Below, piece by piece: positions 10,901-18,037 of a DNA stretch of 63,965 bases. Numbering within the stretch: position 1 is the stretch's first letter; the number at the start of each line of letters is the position of its first letter. A program made the translations under genes and the position numbers. The stretch is from IMG/VR virus record IMGVR_UViG_3300045988_132111; one strand, 5' to 3'. The notes below the pieces were generated by a model. That model saw only the letters and a list, made by a program, of their open reading frames with translations. It was not told the DNA's origin and searched no databases. Source of the DNA: a virus.

Positions 10901-12025
10901 ATTGCGAAATTCAGATACGTTATTGATAATGTTGCTGAAGAAATCACTGACATTAGACCACATTTCTTTTGCTTCTTCGAAATCACCGATGATGAGCTGC
11001 CATGATGTAGTCCAACCAGACCCCATAGCCTCTTTTAAGGTGTCTATAAGCTGACGGAATGTCTTTACTTTTGTGGCTGCGTCATTAGCAGTTTTTGCCA
11101 TGTCAGCCATCTGAGTTGCTTCTTCTTTGGTGTATCCCTGCTCCACAAACTTTTTGACAGCTGCTTGATACTCTTCTTGTGTCTCAGCTGCCGTAGCAAA
11201 CTGATCCAAAGTCTGAGTAAGAACCTCTGTAGTCAACCACCCAGTGCTGAGAGATTCTCTGAATGAGCCATTAGCTTCTATAGCAGCCTTAGCTCCGGTC
11301 TGAAGATGTTCGGACGTTCTGGTTAAAGCGTCTTGAAAGACCTGTCCACCCATTCCGGCATTTACTACAGAGTTCCAGTCCATAAGCTTAACAGTTCCAG
11401 AAGCAAGCGCCTGAGATAACTGATACATAGCGGTTGAAGCCTGTTGAGAATTAGAGCCAGACACGGCTGCAAGGTTTGCTATACCTTTAATTGCAGATAC
11501 AGAATCGTCCAGTTTTACACCAGCTGCGGTGAAGGTACCGATATTCCTTGTCATCTCAGTGAAATTGTATATTGTTTTATCCGCGTATGTATTCAATTCA
11601 CGAAGGGCGGCATTGACTCTCTCTACATCGGTGCCCTCTTTCTGAGTATTAGCTAAGATTGTCTGTATCGCATTCATCTGAGTCTCATATTCTGTCAGAC
11701 CGTCACGAACAGGATCTATTGTGATAGCTGAAATCATCGCTTTAGCCGAATTAACCACAGAATTGGTAATATTAGCTAAAGCGGTAACTCCCATAACTTG
11801 AAGTGCGGAAAATTTAGCAGAAACAACATCGACGCTTCTACCTAAAGCATTCATGTTTACTTTCTTTGAGGCATCCCCCAGCTCTTCAAAACCCTTGGAA
11901 GCGCCTTTTAAATTCAACTTCTGTTTAAGTTTATCCAAGGTTGACATACTTGTCTTAACGTTTTGCTCAAAGTCTTTATTATTGAATCGCATTTCGACGA
12001 CTCGTTCATCAACAACTGCACTCAT
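5000..12025 (-). CDS. tape measure protein (2341 aa from the ATG at 12025)
   Basis: Largest ORF, in the canonical position after the chaperone genes. It has an alpha-helical N-terminus, a long multi-TM hydrophobic core and internal repeats. I prefer the ATG at 12025 (GGAGGTGA RBS, ATGA overlap with the upstream stop) over the track start at 12046. Confidence 0.9.
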   Translation of the reverse strand: MSAVVDERVVEMRFNNKDFEQNVKTSMSTLDKLKQKLNLKGASKGFEELGDASKKVNMNALGRSVDVVSAKFSALQVMGVTALANITNSVVNSAKAMISAITIDPVRDGLTEYETQMNAIQTILANTQKEGTDVERVNAALRELNTYADKTIYNFTEMTRNIGTFTAAGVKLDDSVSAIKGIANLAAVSGSNSQQASTAMYQLSQALASGTVKLMDWNSVVNAGMGGQVFQDALTRTSEHLQTGAKAAIEANGSFRESLSTGWLTTEVLTQTLDQFATAAETQEEYQAAVKKFVEQGYTKEEATQMADMAKTANDAATKVKTFRQLIDTLKEAMGSGWTTSWQLIIGDFEEAKEMWSNVSDFFSNIINNVSEFRNDVLKSALGKGFTELANKITGVTEPVNKAIAAVEDLGSVVDDVLAGKFGNGDERFNALTEAGKNYYAVQNKVNEALGCTFRYTEDQIKAQDEALGTTTAETGATTELTDEKKKLIKEIANLSEEEMRAKGYTEDQINAFKELKTTAEKLGIPLNDFIDNMDQINGRWLLLQSFVNIGKSISAVVGSIGKAWTDLHGALSVDDLGDKLFNAIGAFHSFTASLIPTDETLGKLERTFKGVFAILDIISTVAGGTAKLAFRGLNAVLNAFDLDLLDVTAGIGDAAVAFRDFLFSNDLVNKGFEALGSGVKMAVEAFADLVDAIENIPQVQEFIENFKNIDWSEIGSNVVEGLKNGLEAGISSVPDILIEIGQSMLSAIKGVLGIHSPSTEMYDIAKNAIAGLVNGLKDGITDAASALNDVGSNLLSEARKLDWGRIFTIGSIGASVIAGIVTINKLINVMDKFATPFEKFGKILGTVNESIKTITESFSKNLKAKAFKTRAEGIKSMAIAIGILAASIYALAQLDQGALARSVAAVAVLSGILVVLALVVNKLSKATVTLDSEGRALKLDGLKTGLAGIGVALLMLAAVVKIMGGMKPDEMMQGFIGLAGVIVAISIVLKTFGKCVKGESAKNIDKAGIMIKKMSVALILMVAAIKFIGLLSAEDLVKGIAFMGVFIVFTGLLSAVTRLSGKGVNKLGGMMAKMAIAMALMVGVCKLAGMLSAEEMIKGAVFALGFIIFTAALKRAIKSKDDAKYLKMAGVITSMALALTMIVGVCKLVSMLSAGELIKGSVAVVAFGALLVALVNTVKATGPEATKIGGTLLAMTAAIGILAGICVLMSLMDVKSLAKGLTVVGLLSGMMTAMVWATRGASDCKKNLVVMTATIAVMAASVAALSLLDSSKLIGATACLSALMATFALMSKALGAAGSSIKSMVVMTVVVGALAGIVYMLAQLPVETTLPTVAALSALMLSLSASMLVMSKAGNMSARAVVAAAGMAFVVTALGAVITLLSQNGMMNVPLDAVVSLSALLLALSTSCVILSKVGPMAGAAASGALKLMGVLGIVSAVILGVGALVSHFVDESALDKLVTTLSKLGEALGTFFGSIIDGFLNGATDGLPEVADNLKEFINTFTGIDNNAAEKVNSLINALSALGSASLKNAIASFLGYGLGDFGAQIGDFADQMNTAAEAVAGISDPGLDNLKAIADIGQLFGELQSTIKPTGGIIKKIADYNLGNFGFQIKGYARNLKQASSAVAEISDTGLTNLGTIADIGTAFAKVQNTIEPTDGLVTLISEKSLGDFGWDIGSYAINLDQAASFVAQISTDGLTNLGKIANIGTAFSELQSTLDPTDGIVTWLSENGLGDFGEQISAYATNLNTAATAVAELSDVGITNLGTIADIGTVFSDLQKSVGDATDLFDILTNNTLDGFGEKVKTYAENVKKASDAVSGENAIDEEAVTKAKNVGELLLAFQESIPEEGWLSAKVDLDEFAERINSFASAIGALNDAAEKGDLGKTETAISFAEKLRDFTESVTDAQMAQLNNFPDLVGQVGTAIANYYTSLNEVDTSAVTSSVNAVYRLKSFISSLSNFSSDGIKNFKVEELGQSLSDYAGKVVSMDFTQIAGSLTVASRLATFIKGLSGLDTSGVSSFKKAVSTLGQTDTSNVAKAFSSASGDITSAGNSIVESLSKGISSKSSEATSAASGVIDKMNSEIMHKASVFLAAGTALILKLAAGIRENSSYAESAANSAVSNAANSIRGFYGSFHESGSYVGIGLINGLNSQYQAVYNAGYRLGQAAILGERAGQQSHSPSKLAEQSGVWVGEGLIIGVDSMGSKVYEAGESLGENVTSSLSSVISKASDLFEMSMDAEPVISPVVDLTNVKAASNSMDSMFSDLSIGTNANLRAVDVMMSNRGQNGNSDVVAAINRLGKKLSNMGNTYNSIDGVTYDESSSVSNAIQTLTRAVVVEGRR
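6580..7430 (-). repeat. about 4.5 tandem 64-aa (about 192-nt) repeats inside the tape measure
   Basis: Units: ISDPGLDNLKAIADIGQLF.., ISDTGLTNLGTIADIGTAF.., ISTDGLTNLGKIANIGTAF.., LSDVGITNLGTIADIGTVF... Each is followed by ..LGDFG..Y(A)xNL..A..V(A). Boundaries are approximate. Confidence 0.75.
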
Positions 12026-12399
12026 AGATTGGTCACCTCCTTCCAAGCAGCCTCGGCGATTTTGTCAAAAATAGGCTGGATCGCAGGATTAATATAATCT
12101 CTCCCTTGAACCCAGCCTCCTGTTCCAGTCCCATGACCATTCTGTAGAATGATCGCAATAGGAACACCTTTATTGACATTTGTGTTCTTAAACACTATAG
12201 CCACCGATCCATTTTGACGTTCTATTTCATATGTCCATGATGCGGCAGTCTTACCAGTTTTTACAGGTGTAGCGGAAGCAAGAGCGGCCACGCCTTCTCG
12301 GCCGTACTTATCCAACACACCGAGTTTTGTGACTTCTCTCAGCCTCTCAAAGTATCGAGACAGTTTTTTAAAGTCGCCTTTCTGTTCGAAACTTATCAT
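12022..12399 (-). CDS. HK97 gp10-like tail/neck component
   Basis: 125 aa. The segment ATPVKTGKTAASWTYEI matches the P-x-x-TG-x-L/A pattern of the gp10 family, from memory. Confidence 0.45.
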   Translation of the reverse strand: MISFEQKGDFKKLSRYFERLREVTKLGVLDKYGREGVAALASATPVKTGKTAASWTYEIERQNGSVAIVFKNTNVNKGVPIAIILQNGHGTGTGGWVQGRDYINPAIQPIFDKIAEAAWKEVTNL

Positions 12400-12414
12400 G
12401 CTACGCTCTCCTTA

Positions 12415-12687
12415 TTAATGAATGTATTCCCAATCTTCTGCAAGGACATCCCTGATGCTTGGAACCCACATGGCATGACTTCCATCAACTGTTTTAATCT
12501 GTAAATACGGTTCGCATTTGAACAGATCACCCTCGTTCATTCCCCACGCCTTGGCAGTCTGAAGATTACAAGGAATTCCATCTGGATAGCCTTTCTGGTA
12601 AACAACGAACATCCCCTTACCGTTCCATCCATGTCTGAAAATCTTATATCCTGCTTTTACTTTTTCTAATGCCTGTCCGAAATTCAT
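12415..12687 (-). CDS. DUF2829-family protein (Tad2-like candidate Thoeris anti-defence sponge)
   Basis: 90 aa. The N-terminus MNFGQALEKVKAGYKIFRHGWNGKGMFVV and the C-terminus ..LAEDWEYI match the DUF2829 signature as I remember it. Confidence 0.65.
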   Translation of the reverse strand: MNFGQALEKVKAGYKIFRHGWNGKGMFVVYQKGYPDGIPCNLQTAKAWGMNEGDLFKCEPYLQIKTVDGSHAMWVPSIRDVLAEDWEYIH

Positions 12688-12697
12688 ATTATTCTCC

Positions 12698-13459
12698 TTA
12701 AACTCTTTTCACTTTATCAAGCGGAATCCAGCCTGCTCCAGATTTAAGCTTACCCCAGCCGGAATTAGACCCTTTTCCGGTCATTACTTCCACAATTGTA
12801 AACACGCCTTTTCCGGTACGAAGACCAGTTAATTTGTACTTGGTGCTAGGACCTTTTCGAATCTTCAGTTTATCGGTCTCGACCTTAACCTTGAAATCAC
12901 AAGGACCTATGACAACACCTGTTTTCGCTGGTTCCTGCGGCTTTGTTTCTACGATCGTCTTGTTAAGAATTCCTTCTACAATTGCTTTAGCACATTTATC
13001 AGCATTCCACACGTTCTTATCCTTTTCAGAATCTACGAAGCAACATTCTACCAGTAGTGCTGGAGCTGTTGTATGGCGGAGAACGTACAGTTTCTGTGAA
13101 TGTTTAACACCACGGTCATTAAGACCAAAAGTCTTTGCGATCTTTGCGGAAATACGAGCAGCAACGTCATTCAGCTTATCACTGTATAACCATACTTCTG
13201 GTCCTGTGCCGCCACCTGCATTAAGATGAATTGAGATATCAATATCAACCTCATGTTTATTGCATTTCTCAACAATATTTGCCAGGTTTCCTCTTTCATC
13301 GCCAACATCGTCTGTACAGTCGTATACGGCATGCCCCTCTTTTCTAAGGAGCTCAATAACTTTGTTTTTTACTTTACGGTCCTCATTAACCTCGTCAAGA
13401 AAACCAGAAGCTCCTCGACAAACTAACGAGTGACCAGCATGAACGTTATATGTTCCCAT
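12698..13459 (-). CDS. N-acetylmuramoyl-L-alanine amidase (amidase_3-like) with a C-terminal SH3-like wall-binding domain; probable endolysin
   Basis: The N-terminus YNVHAGHSL..GASG..EDR..N is amidase_3-like. The C-terminus GWGKLKSGAGWIPLDKV is SH3_3-like. AAGGAGG RBS. Confidence 0.8.
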   Translation of the reverse strand: MGTYNVHAGHSLVCRGASGFLDEVNEDRKVKNKVIELLRKEGHAVYDCTDDVGDERGNLANIVEKCNKHEVDIDISIHLNAGGGTGPEVWLYSDKLNDVAARISAKIAKTFGLNDRGVKHSQKLYVLRHTTAPALLVECCFVDSEKDKNVWNADKCAKAIVEGILNKTIVETKPQEPAKTGVVIGPCDFKVKVETDKLKIRKGPSTKYKLTGLRTGKGVFTIVEVMTGKGSNSGWGKLKSGAGWIPLDKVKRV

Positions 13460-13477
13460 GTAGCATCCTCCTTAAAT

Positions 13478-14035
13478 CTATCCTTTTGTATGCCATTGTT
13501 TCTTACGTGCTGCGTTCAGTTGAGCATTTCTCATGGCAGCTTCTCTGGCATTTATTTTTTTGGACGGCGCATTTTCTGTATTGCATACTCTAATCAAAGT
13601 CAATAATCTGTTAAGATGCCATCGCTCGCACTCGAATGGTATTCCACACGCGATCATCCAATAATAGATAAGCTCCGATGTAATACGTCGCTTTCTTCCA
13701 GATCTATCGTTACTCTTTGGAAATGTAGTGGCTGTCATCGGAGCTTCTATATAATTCATTACATCTTTCAAATTTCCCTCGCTGAGTCTATCATAGACTG
13801 AAGACTCAATGCTTTTATCAAGAGTCATAAAACGGATATAATCAACGATCTCTTCCTTAGTTTTTTCCTCCTTGGAAAGGAAAGATCTACACCATTTTGA
13901 CTCCCATTTAGAAAGAGCGATGAGTGAATGCTCCAAATGTAATACTTGGGGCTTTGTTAAAGTGTGATAAACAAACTCATCTTTTTGTTCATCCCACTCT
14001 TCCCTTTCTACACCAGGTATCACAATCTGAAGCAT
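13478..14035 (-). CDS. hypothetical protein (tail-chaperone position)
   Basis: 185-aa ORF between the putative chaperone and the lysin. No motif recognised. Confidence 0.5.
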   Translation of the reverse strand: MLQIVIPGVEREEWDEQKDEFVYHTLTKPQVLHLEHSLIALSKWESKWCRSFLSKEEKTKEEIVDYIRFMTLDKSIESSVYDRLSEGNLKDVMNYIEAPMTATTFPKSNDRSGRKRRITSELIYYWMIACGIPFECERWHLNRLLTLIRVCNTENAPSKKINAREAAMRNAQLNAARKKQWHTKG

Positions 14036-14063
14036 ATTCCATCCTCCATTGTTTTCATATTAA

Positions 14064-14474
14064 TTACGCTACCGGTGGTAAAACCGGAGTTTCAGCATTG
14101 TTGGCAGCTTTTGCAGCATTCTTTGGTACAATTCCATTTACAAACTCTGCCGCGGCATCCGCATTTGTAACCAGTTCCATGAACAGCTCAGAGTATGCTT
14201 CTGTCTGTGAAAACTGTTTTGAAAGCTCATCTGATTTGATAAACTGCTTCCCATCAGGACTCTTAACACCATAAGACCCAAGAATAATGTCTTTAAATAA
14301 CTTCATGATTGATGGACCGTCCTGAGCCTCGGTAATTTTCTTAATCATTTCGGAAAGACCACCAGCTGTAGAAAGCTCCATCTCAGCAATCTCAGCTTTG
14401 TTATAATTGAAATAGTGAGTCTCTTTTCTTTCGACACCGTTATAATCGGTATACTTAATTGTCTTTGCTAACAT
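14064..14474 (-). CDS. putative tail assembly chaperone
   Basis: The ATG at 14474 is preceded by AAAGGAGAAAATAAC. It lies directly downstream of the major tail protein, and the product is acidic and helical. The track start at 14522 lacks an RBS. Confidence 0.5.
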   Translation of the reverse strand: MLAKTIKYTDYNGVERKETHYFNYNKAEIAEMELSTAGGLSEMIKKITEAQDGPSIMKLFKDIILGSYGVKSPDGKQFIKSDELSKQFSQTEAYSELFMELVTNADAAAEFVNGIVPKNAAKAANNAETPVLPPVA

Positions 14475-14564
14475 GTTATTTTCTCCTTTCACTTTTCGGC
14501 TATAAAAAAGACCCAACCTCATTACAAGGAAGGGTCTTCAAGTTTTTTCATTTAATTATATAAA

Positions 14565-15245
14565 TCATTCTGTAACTGCCTTGAGGATTGTTACAATCTC
14601 GTCAGGAAGTGGAAGTCTTGGCTCTACGCCATCGTTCCCTGAAGCAGTCGCATCTTTACCATAAAGAATTTCCTCAATCTTTAACATCTGAGCTGCAGTC
14701 ACCTTGGTGGAATCAATTTCCAGTGTAGCTGTCGGTTCGCAGTTCTCAACCTCAACTGGAGTAGTCGAGAACTCCCAAGACAACGGATTTACATTTGGAT
14801 CTGCGTTTGCAGATTCATGTTCCTCAGAACTTGGAGAAGCAAGCGCTCCGTAAACCAGATGAATTTTATAACCATGGGATGTGCCATCGGTATCATTACC
14901 AATAAGTGTTCGATAAGCGAAGCCGAATGGCTGTCTTTTCTGCTGACCGATTGTTACGCCTTTAAGCATCTCACTTTCACCATTACATTTGGCAAATTCG
15001 TCCGGATATGTATATGCTTCAATTGTTCCTGCATACTCTTCAGTGGAAAGCAGGTTAAGGTACTTGTGATTGTTCGCATAAAGCGGTGTCGCTTCTGCTC
15101 CAGAAGGTGATTCTGATACTTTACTAAGACCGTTCCATGCAACGCCTTTTTCGTATGTTCCATTTTCCTGTACAAAAAGCACGCCGCGATCAACACCAGT
15201 CTCAAACAGACGCTCACCAATCTGATCCCATTTCAGTTTTGACAT
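14565..15245 (-). CDS. major tail protein
   Basis: 226 aa, AAGGAGG RBS, positioned after the head-tail joining genes. The N-terminus MSKLKWDQIGERLFETGVDRGVLF is typical of siphovirus tube proteins. Confidence 0.7.
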   Translation of the reverse strand: MSKLKWDQIGERLFETGVDRGVLFVQENGTYEKGVAWNGLSKVSESPSGAEATPLYANNHKYLNLLSTEEYAGTIEAYTYPDEFAKCNGESEMLKGVTIGQQKRQPFGFAYRTLIGNDTDGTSHGYKIHLVYGALASPSSEEHESANADPNVNPLSWEFSTTPVEVENCEPTATLEIDSTKVTAAQMLKIEEILYGKDATASGNDGVEPRLPLPDEIVTILKAVTE

Positions 15246-15260
15246 TTTAGGTTATCCTCC

Positions 15261-15587
15261 TTAAAAATATAGTTTTAAAGTATCGTGATGCAGATTATCC
15301 GCAATATAGTGCGTACCGTATGAACAATAAGGAAGTTCTAACAGTTTCTCTATGACTGGATGATCTGGAGTTCTGCTTATCACGATTAAGTCATATCTGT
15401 AATCTTTTTTATACACAGAGTTATTAGCTCTTTGAACATCAATCTTACTTTTAGAGTATCTGATAGCCGGGTACTCCATTTTGACCGCACAGACACCAGA
15501 GTCAGGCGGCTGATAATACACATGTCTGCACCCAAGCAATTCTTCAAGTTTCATCTGAAGATCTAGGCGTGTCCCCATGCCATTCAC
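15261..15587 (-). CDS. head-tail joining / tail completion protein
   Basis: 108-aa ORF assigned by position in the module. The start is uncertain (overlaps the upstream ORF). Confidence 0.4.
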   Translation of the reverse strand: MNGMGTRLDLQMKLEELLGCRHVYYQPPDSGVCAVKMEYPAIRYSKSKIDVQRANNSVYKKDYRYDLIVISRTPDHPVIEKLLELPYCSYGTHYIADNLHHDTLKLYF

Positions 15588-15894
15588 CTCCTACGGTAAG
15601 TATCAGACGCGGTCTCTGACTCGGATCTATCTCAGTGACTTTCCATCTTGTTCCCATAATCTCTACATAGACGATACGAGAACAGTTATCATAGGCAAAT
15701 GGATCGGCAAGAATGCTAACCACATCTGCCAGATTGAGGGAGTCATTGATCTCGCCAAAATTTTGACGTTTACGCCGGTCACTTGTGATATCACCATAAT
15801 ACTCGTGCTCCACTACTCCACTTGATTCCCATATACCTGGAGAAGTTTCTGTAGCGGGAAATTGATATCCGACTTTGCCGAACCATTTGCTCAT
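15544..15894 (-). CDS. head closure / head-tail adaptor protein
   Basis: 116-aa ORF assigned by position in the module. Confidence 0.4.
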   Translation of the reverse strand: MSKWFGKVGYQFPATETSPGIWESSGVVEHEYYGDITSDRRKRQNFGEINDSLNLADVVSILADPFAYDNCSRIVYVEIMGTRWKVTEIDPSQRPRLILTVGGEWHGDTPRSSDET

Positions 15895-15907
15895 TTTTTG
15901 ATCTCCT

Positions 15908-16207
15908 TTACTCTTTAACAGCAGGTTCTGCCTTTACAGTAGCCAGTTTGGCAGTTGTAGCAGAAGTTGTGTCAGTTGTTACGTATGTAACTGTAACTGT
16001 GTCGGAAGCATTTTTGCAGCTGATCGGACGATACATAACACCTGCTGTATCAACGACAAGCATCCCCTTGATGTATGCATCTTCAAGTTCCGCCGGAGTA
16101 GCTTTCACTTTAAGAGTTTTATCAAGATATGCTACGCCGTCAGCCTTGACGTAAATTTTTCTAGCTGCTACATTTCTGTCATCAGCGTTCATACGAATGA
16201 TTTCCAT
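15908..16207 (-). CDS. hypothetical head-associated protein
   Basis: 99 aa, immediately after the capsid gene, with a strong RBS. Confidence 0.45.
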   Translation of the reverse strand: MEIIRMNADDRNVAARKIYVKADGVAYLDKTLKVKATPAELEDAYIKGMLVVDTAGVMYRPISCKNASDTVTVTYVTTDTTSATTAKLATVKAEPAVKE

Positions 16208-16231
16208 AATATTATTTCCTCCTAAAATAAA

Positions 16232-18037
16232 TTAAGCCGCCGGCTCTTCAAGAGCGATGGCGGAATACAGTTTTGTGAGGGAACCAGAAAGTCTGGTCTC
16301 CAGCAGGTATTTATAACGGTTGAAATCAATATCGAAATCTTCAAATTTTGTAATTTCTCCGCCGTTAGTCGCGCCTAACTGATAGTCAGAAAGATTTACA
16401 AACAGACCGAGCAAATTTTTCTTTTCGCCGGTACTGGTTGTTCTCTGAAGCCCCTCGAACTGCTCAACAGTATGAATCTCGTTTACGTTGAGTGCTTTTG
16501 CCAGATCGGATTTAGAATCATAGATACGACGACCGTTGAGGTCTCTGGAAAGCAGCGTCACGTTAAGGAGATGCGGTGTACAATACAGATCTGGAGTTCC
16601 AGTTCCTTTGAATTTCTCTCTGGAATACAGAGCAGCCTCGATCATAGCCTCCGCCAGAATATAGTTCTCACTGAAGTTAGCGCCTGTGTTTGTGCCCTGG
16701 AGTTTAGTCTTAGCGGCAGCCACATCAACGTCAGCATGGATGCAATACAGTTCATCATCGTTCCAGATAGATCTAATATGATCTTCATGGATTTTATCTG
16801 CGTCACCCTCTTCGCGTCCATCGCCAACCAGGATGGCCATAGCGATCACCTCGTTGAGAACATGTCTCATCACCTTCCACTGATAATCTACAATTTTGAA
16901 ATCGGTGATATCTACGATGTCATCTCTGTTCAGCTCATCTTTGATGTAGATGGTCTGCGGGTCGGTAGACCTACCAATCAGCTTGATTTTCTCCATGTTC
17001 TCCTTGTAGTCACCTTTCTTCTGATAGCCGTTAGCTTTAAGCTCGGCGATACAGGCATCAGCATGTCTGGTACGGATGCGGCTGAATGGAGATTTATGAA
17101 CTTTAGAGATAGCTGCATCAATCCAGGACTGGTCTCTCTCAAGGGTCTCCGGCTCACCTTTCTTCAGAAGCTCATACTCTGGAAAAAGCTTCTCAACTTC
17201 TGCATCAAATACACCGTGAGCCAGCTCATCAGAATGCTCTTCGGCGAAAATTGTCATGGCCTGTTTCAGACTTCCCACGCTACTCTTCTTAGCCATATTA
17301 ATGATATCCACTTCGTCAGAGTGGCTGAGCACATTTGTCTGCTGCTGGGTATTACCCTGGTCAAAAATAGAATGTTTCATATCTTTGTTATCCTCCTTAT
17401 TATCCTCTTCGTTGTCATCTCCGACACTTCCACGAGCCAAAGCAAGTGCTGCGTATAAAGCATTCTTCTGCTCTTCTGTCATAGTGTCGACGACTTCTCC
17501 GATGGTTTTTTCTTTTTTCGATTCGTCTTTGTTTTCTTCTTTCTGCTGACTGTTAGTTTCTTTCTTTTCATCCTGTTCAGCTGAATGATGAAGCATAATA
17601 TTCTCATCATAAGAAGCAAAAAGTTCATCTTCTTCATCGACGCCATGCGCCATTACAAAATCTACATATGCTCCTGGATTGGCACCAGCCAGAACAAGAC
17701 TAAGTTCTTTAATATCCCCGTGAATAACGTCACTGCCTACCTGTTTCAGAATTTTGGCCCAGATAGAAAGAGATCTTACATCTCCGTGCTGCACCAGCAT
17801 CTTTGCACGTTTTCCCTCTTCAGTATCGTTGAATGTACCATACGCATATACACCGTCAGCACGATTCTCTAACAGAGCATGTCCGATCACTGCTTCTGGG
17901 TTCGTATGGTTATGATTCCAAACAAGCGGGACTGTACGTCCATCATTATCCGAAAATGCATTTTTTCGAATGACCCGGCCATCCCCGCAAGCAAGGTCGT
18001 TACGTGTGGCATAGCCACTGAAATCACAATTATTCAT
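16232..18037 (-). CDS. prohead protease - major capsid protein fusion
   Basis: The N-terminal ~150 aa are HK97-type prohead protease-like (VPLVWNHNH..VIGHA..DGVYAYGTF..VRSLSIWA). An E/K/D-rich linker follows (EQDEKKETNSQQKEENKDESKKEK, DDNEEDNKEDNKD). The C-terminal ~370 aa have capsid-like size and position. Confidence 0.7.
   Translation of the reverse strand: MNNCDFSGYATRNDLACGDGRVIRKNAFSDNDGRTVPLVWNHNHTNPEAVIGHALLENRADGVYAYGTFNDTEEGKRAKMLVQHGDVRSLSIWAKILKQVGSDVIHGDIKELSLVLAGANPGAYVDFVMAHGVDEEDELFASYDENIMLHHSAEQDEKKETNSQQKEENKDESKKEKTIGEVVDTMTEEQKNALYAALALARGSVGDDNEEDNKEDNKDMKHSIFDQGNTQQQTNVLSHSDEVDIINMAKKSSVGSLKQAMTIFAEEHSDELAHGVFDAEVEKLFPEYELLKKGEPETLERDQSWIDAAISKVHKSPFSRIRTRHADACIAELKANGYQKKGDYKENMEKIKLIGRSTDPQTIYIKDELNRDDIVDITDFKIVDYQWKVMRHVLNEVIAMAILVGDGREEGDADKIHEDHIRSIWNDDELYCIHADVDVAAAKTKLQGTNTGANFSENYILAEAMIEAALYSREKFKGTGTPDLYCTPHLLNVTLLSRDLNGRRIYDSKSDLAKALNVNEIHTVEQFEGLQRTTSTGEKKNLLGLFVNLSDYQLGATNGGEITKFEDFDIDFNRYKYLLETRLSGSLTKLYSAIALEEPAA

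Noticed and set aside
16472-17458. Plus-strand 328-aa ORF.
   Set aside because: It is antisense to the protease-capsid gene. It has no RBS and is surrounded entirely by a minus-strand operon.
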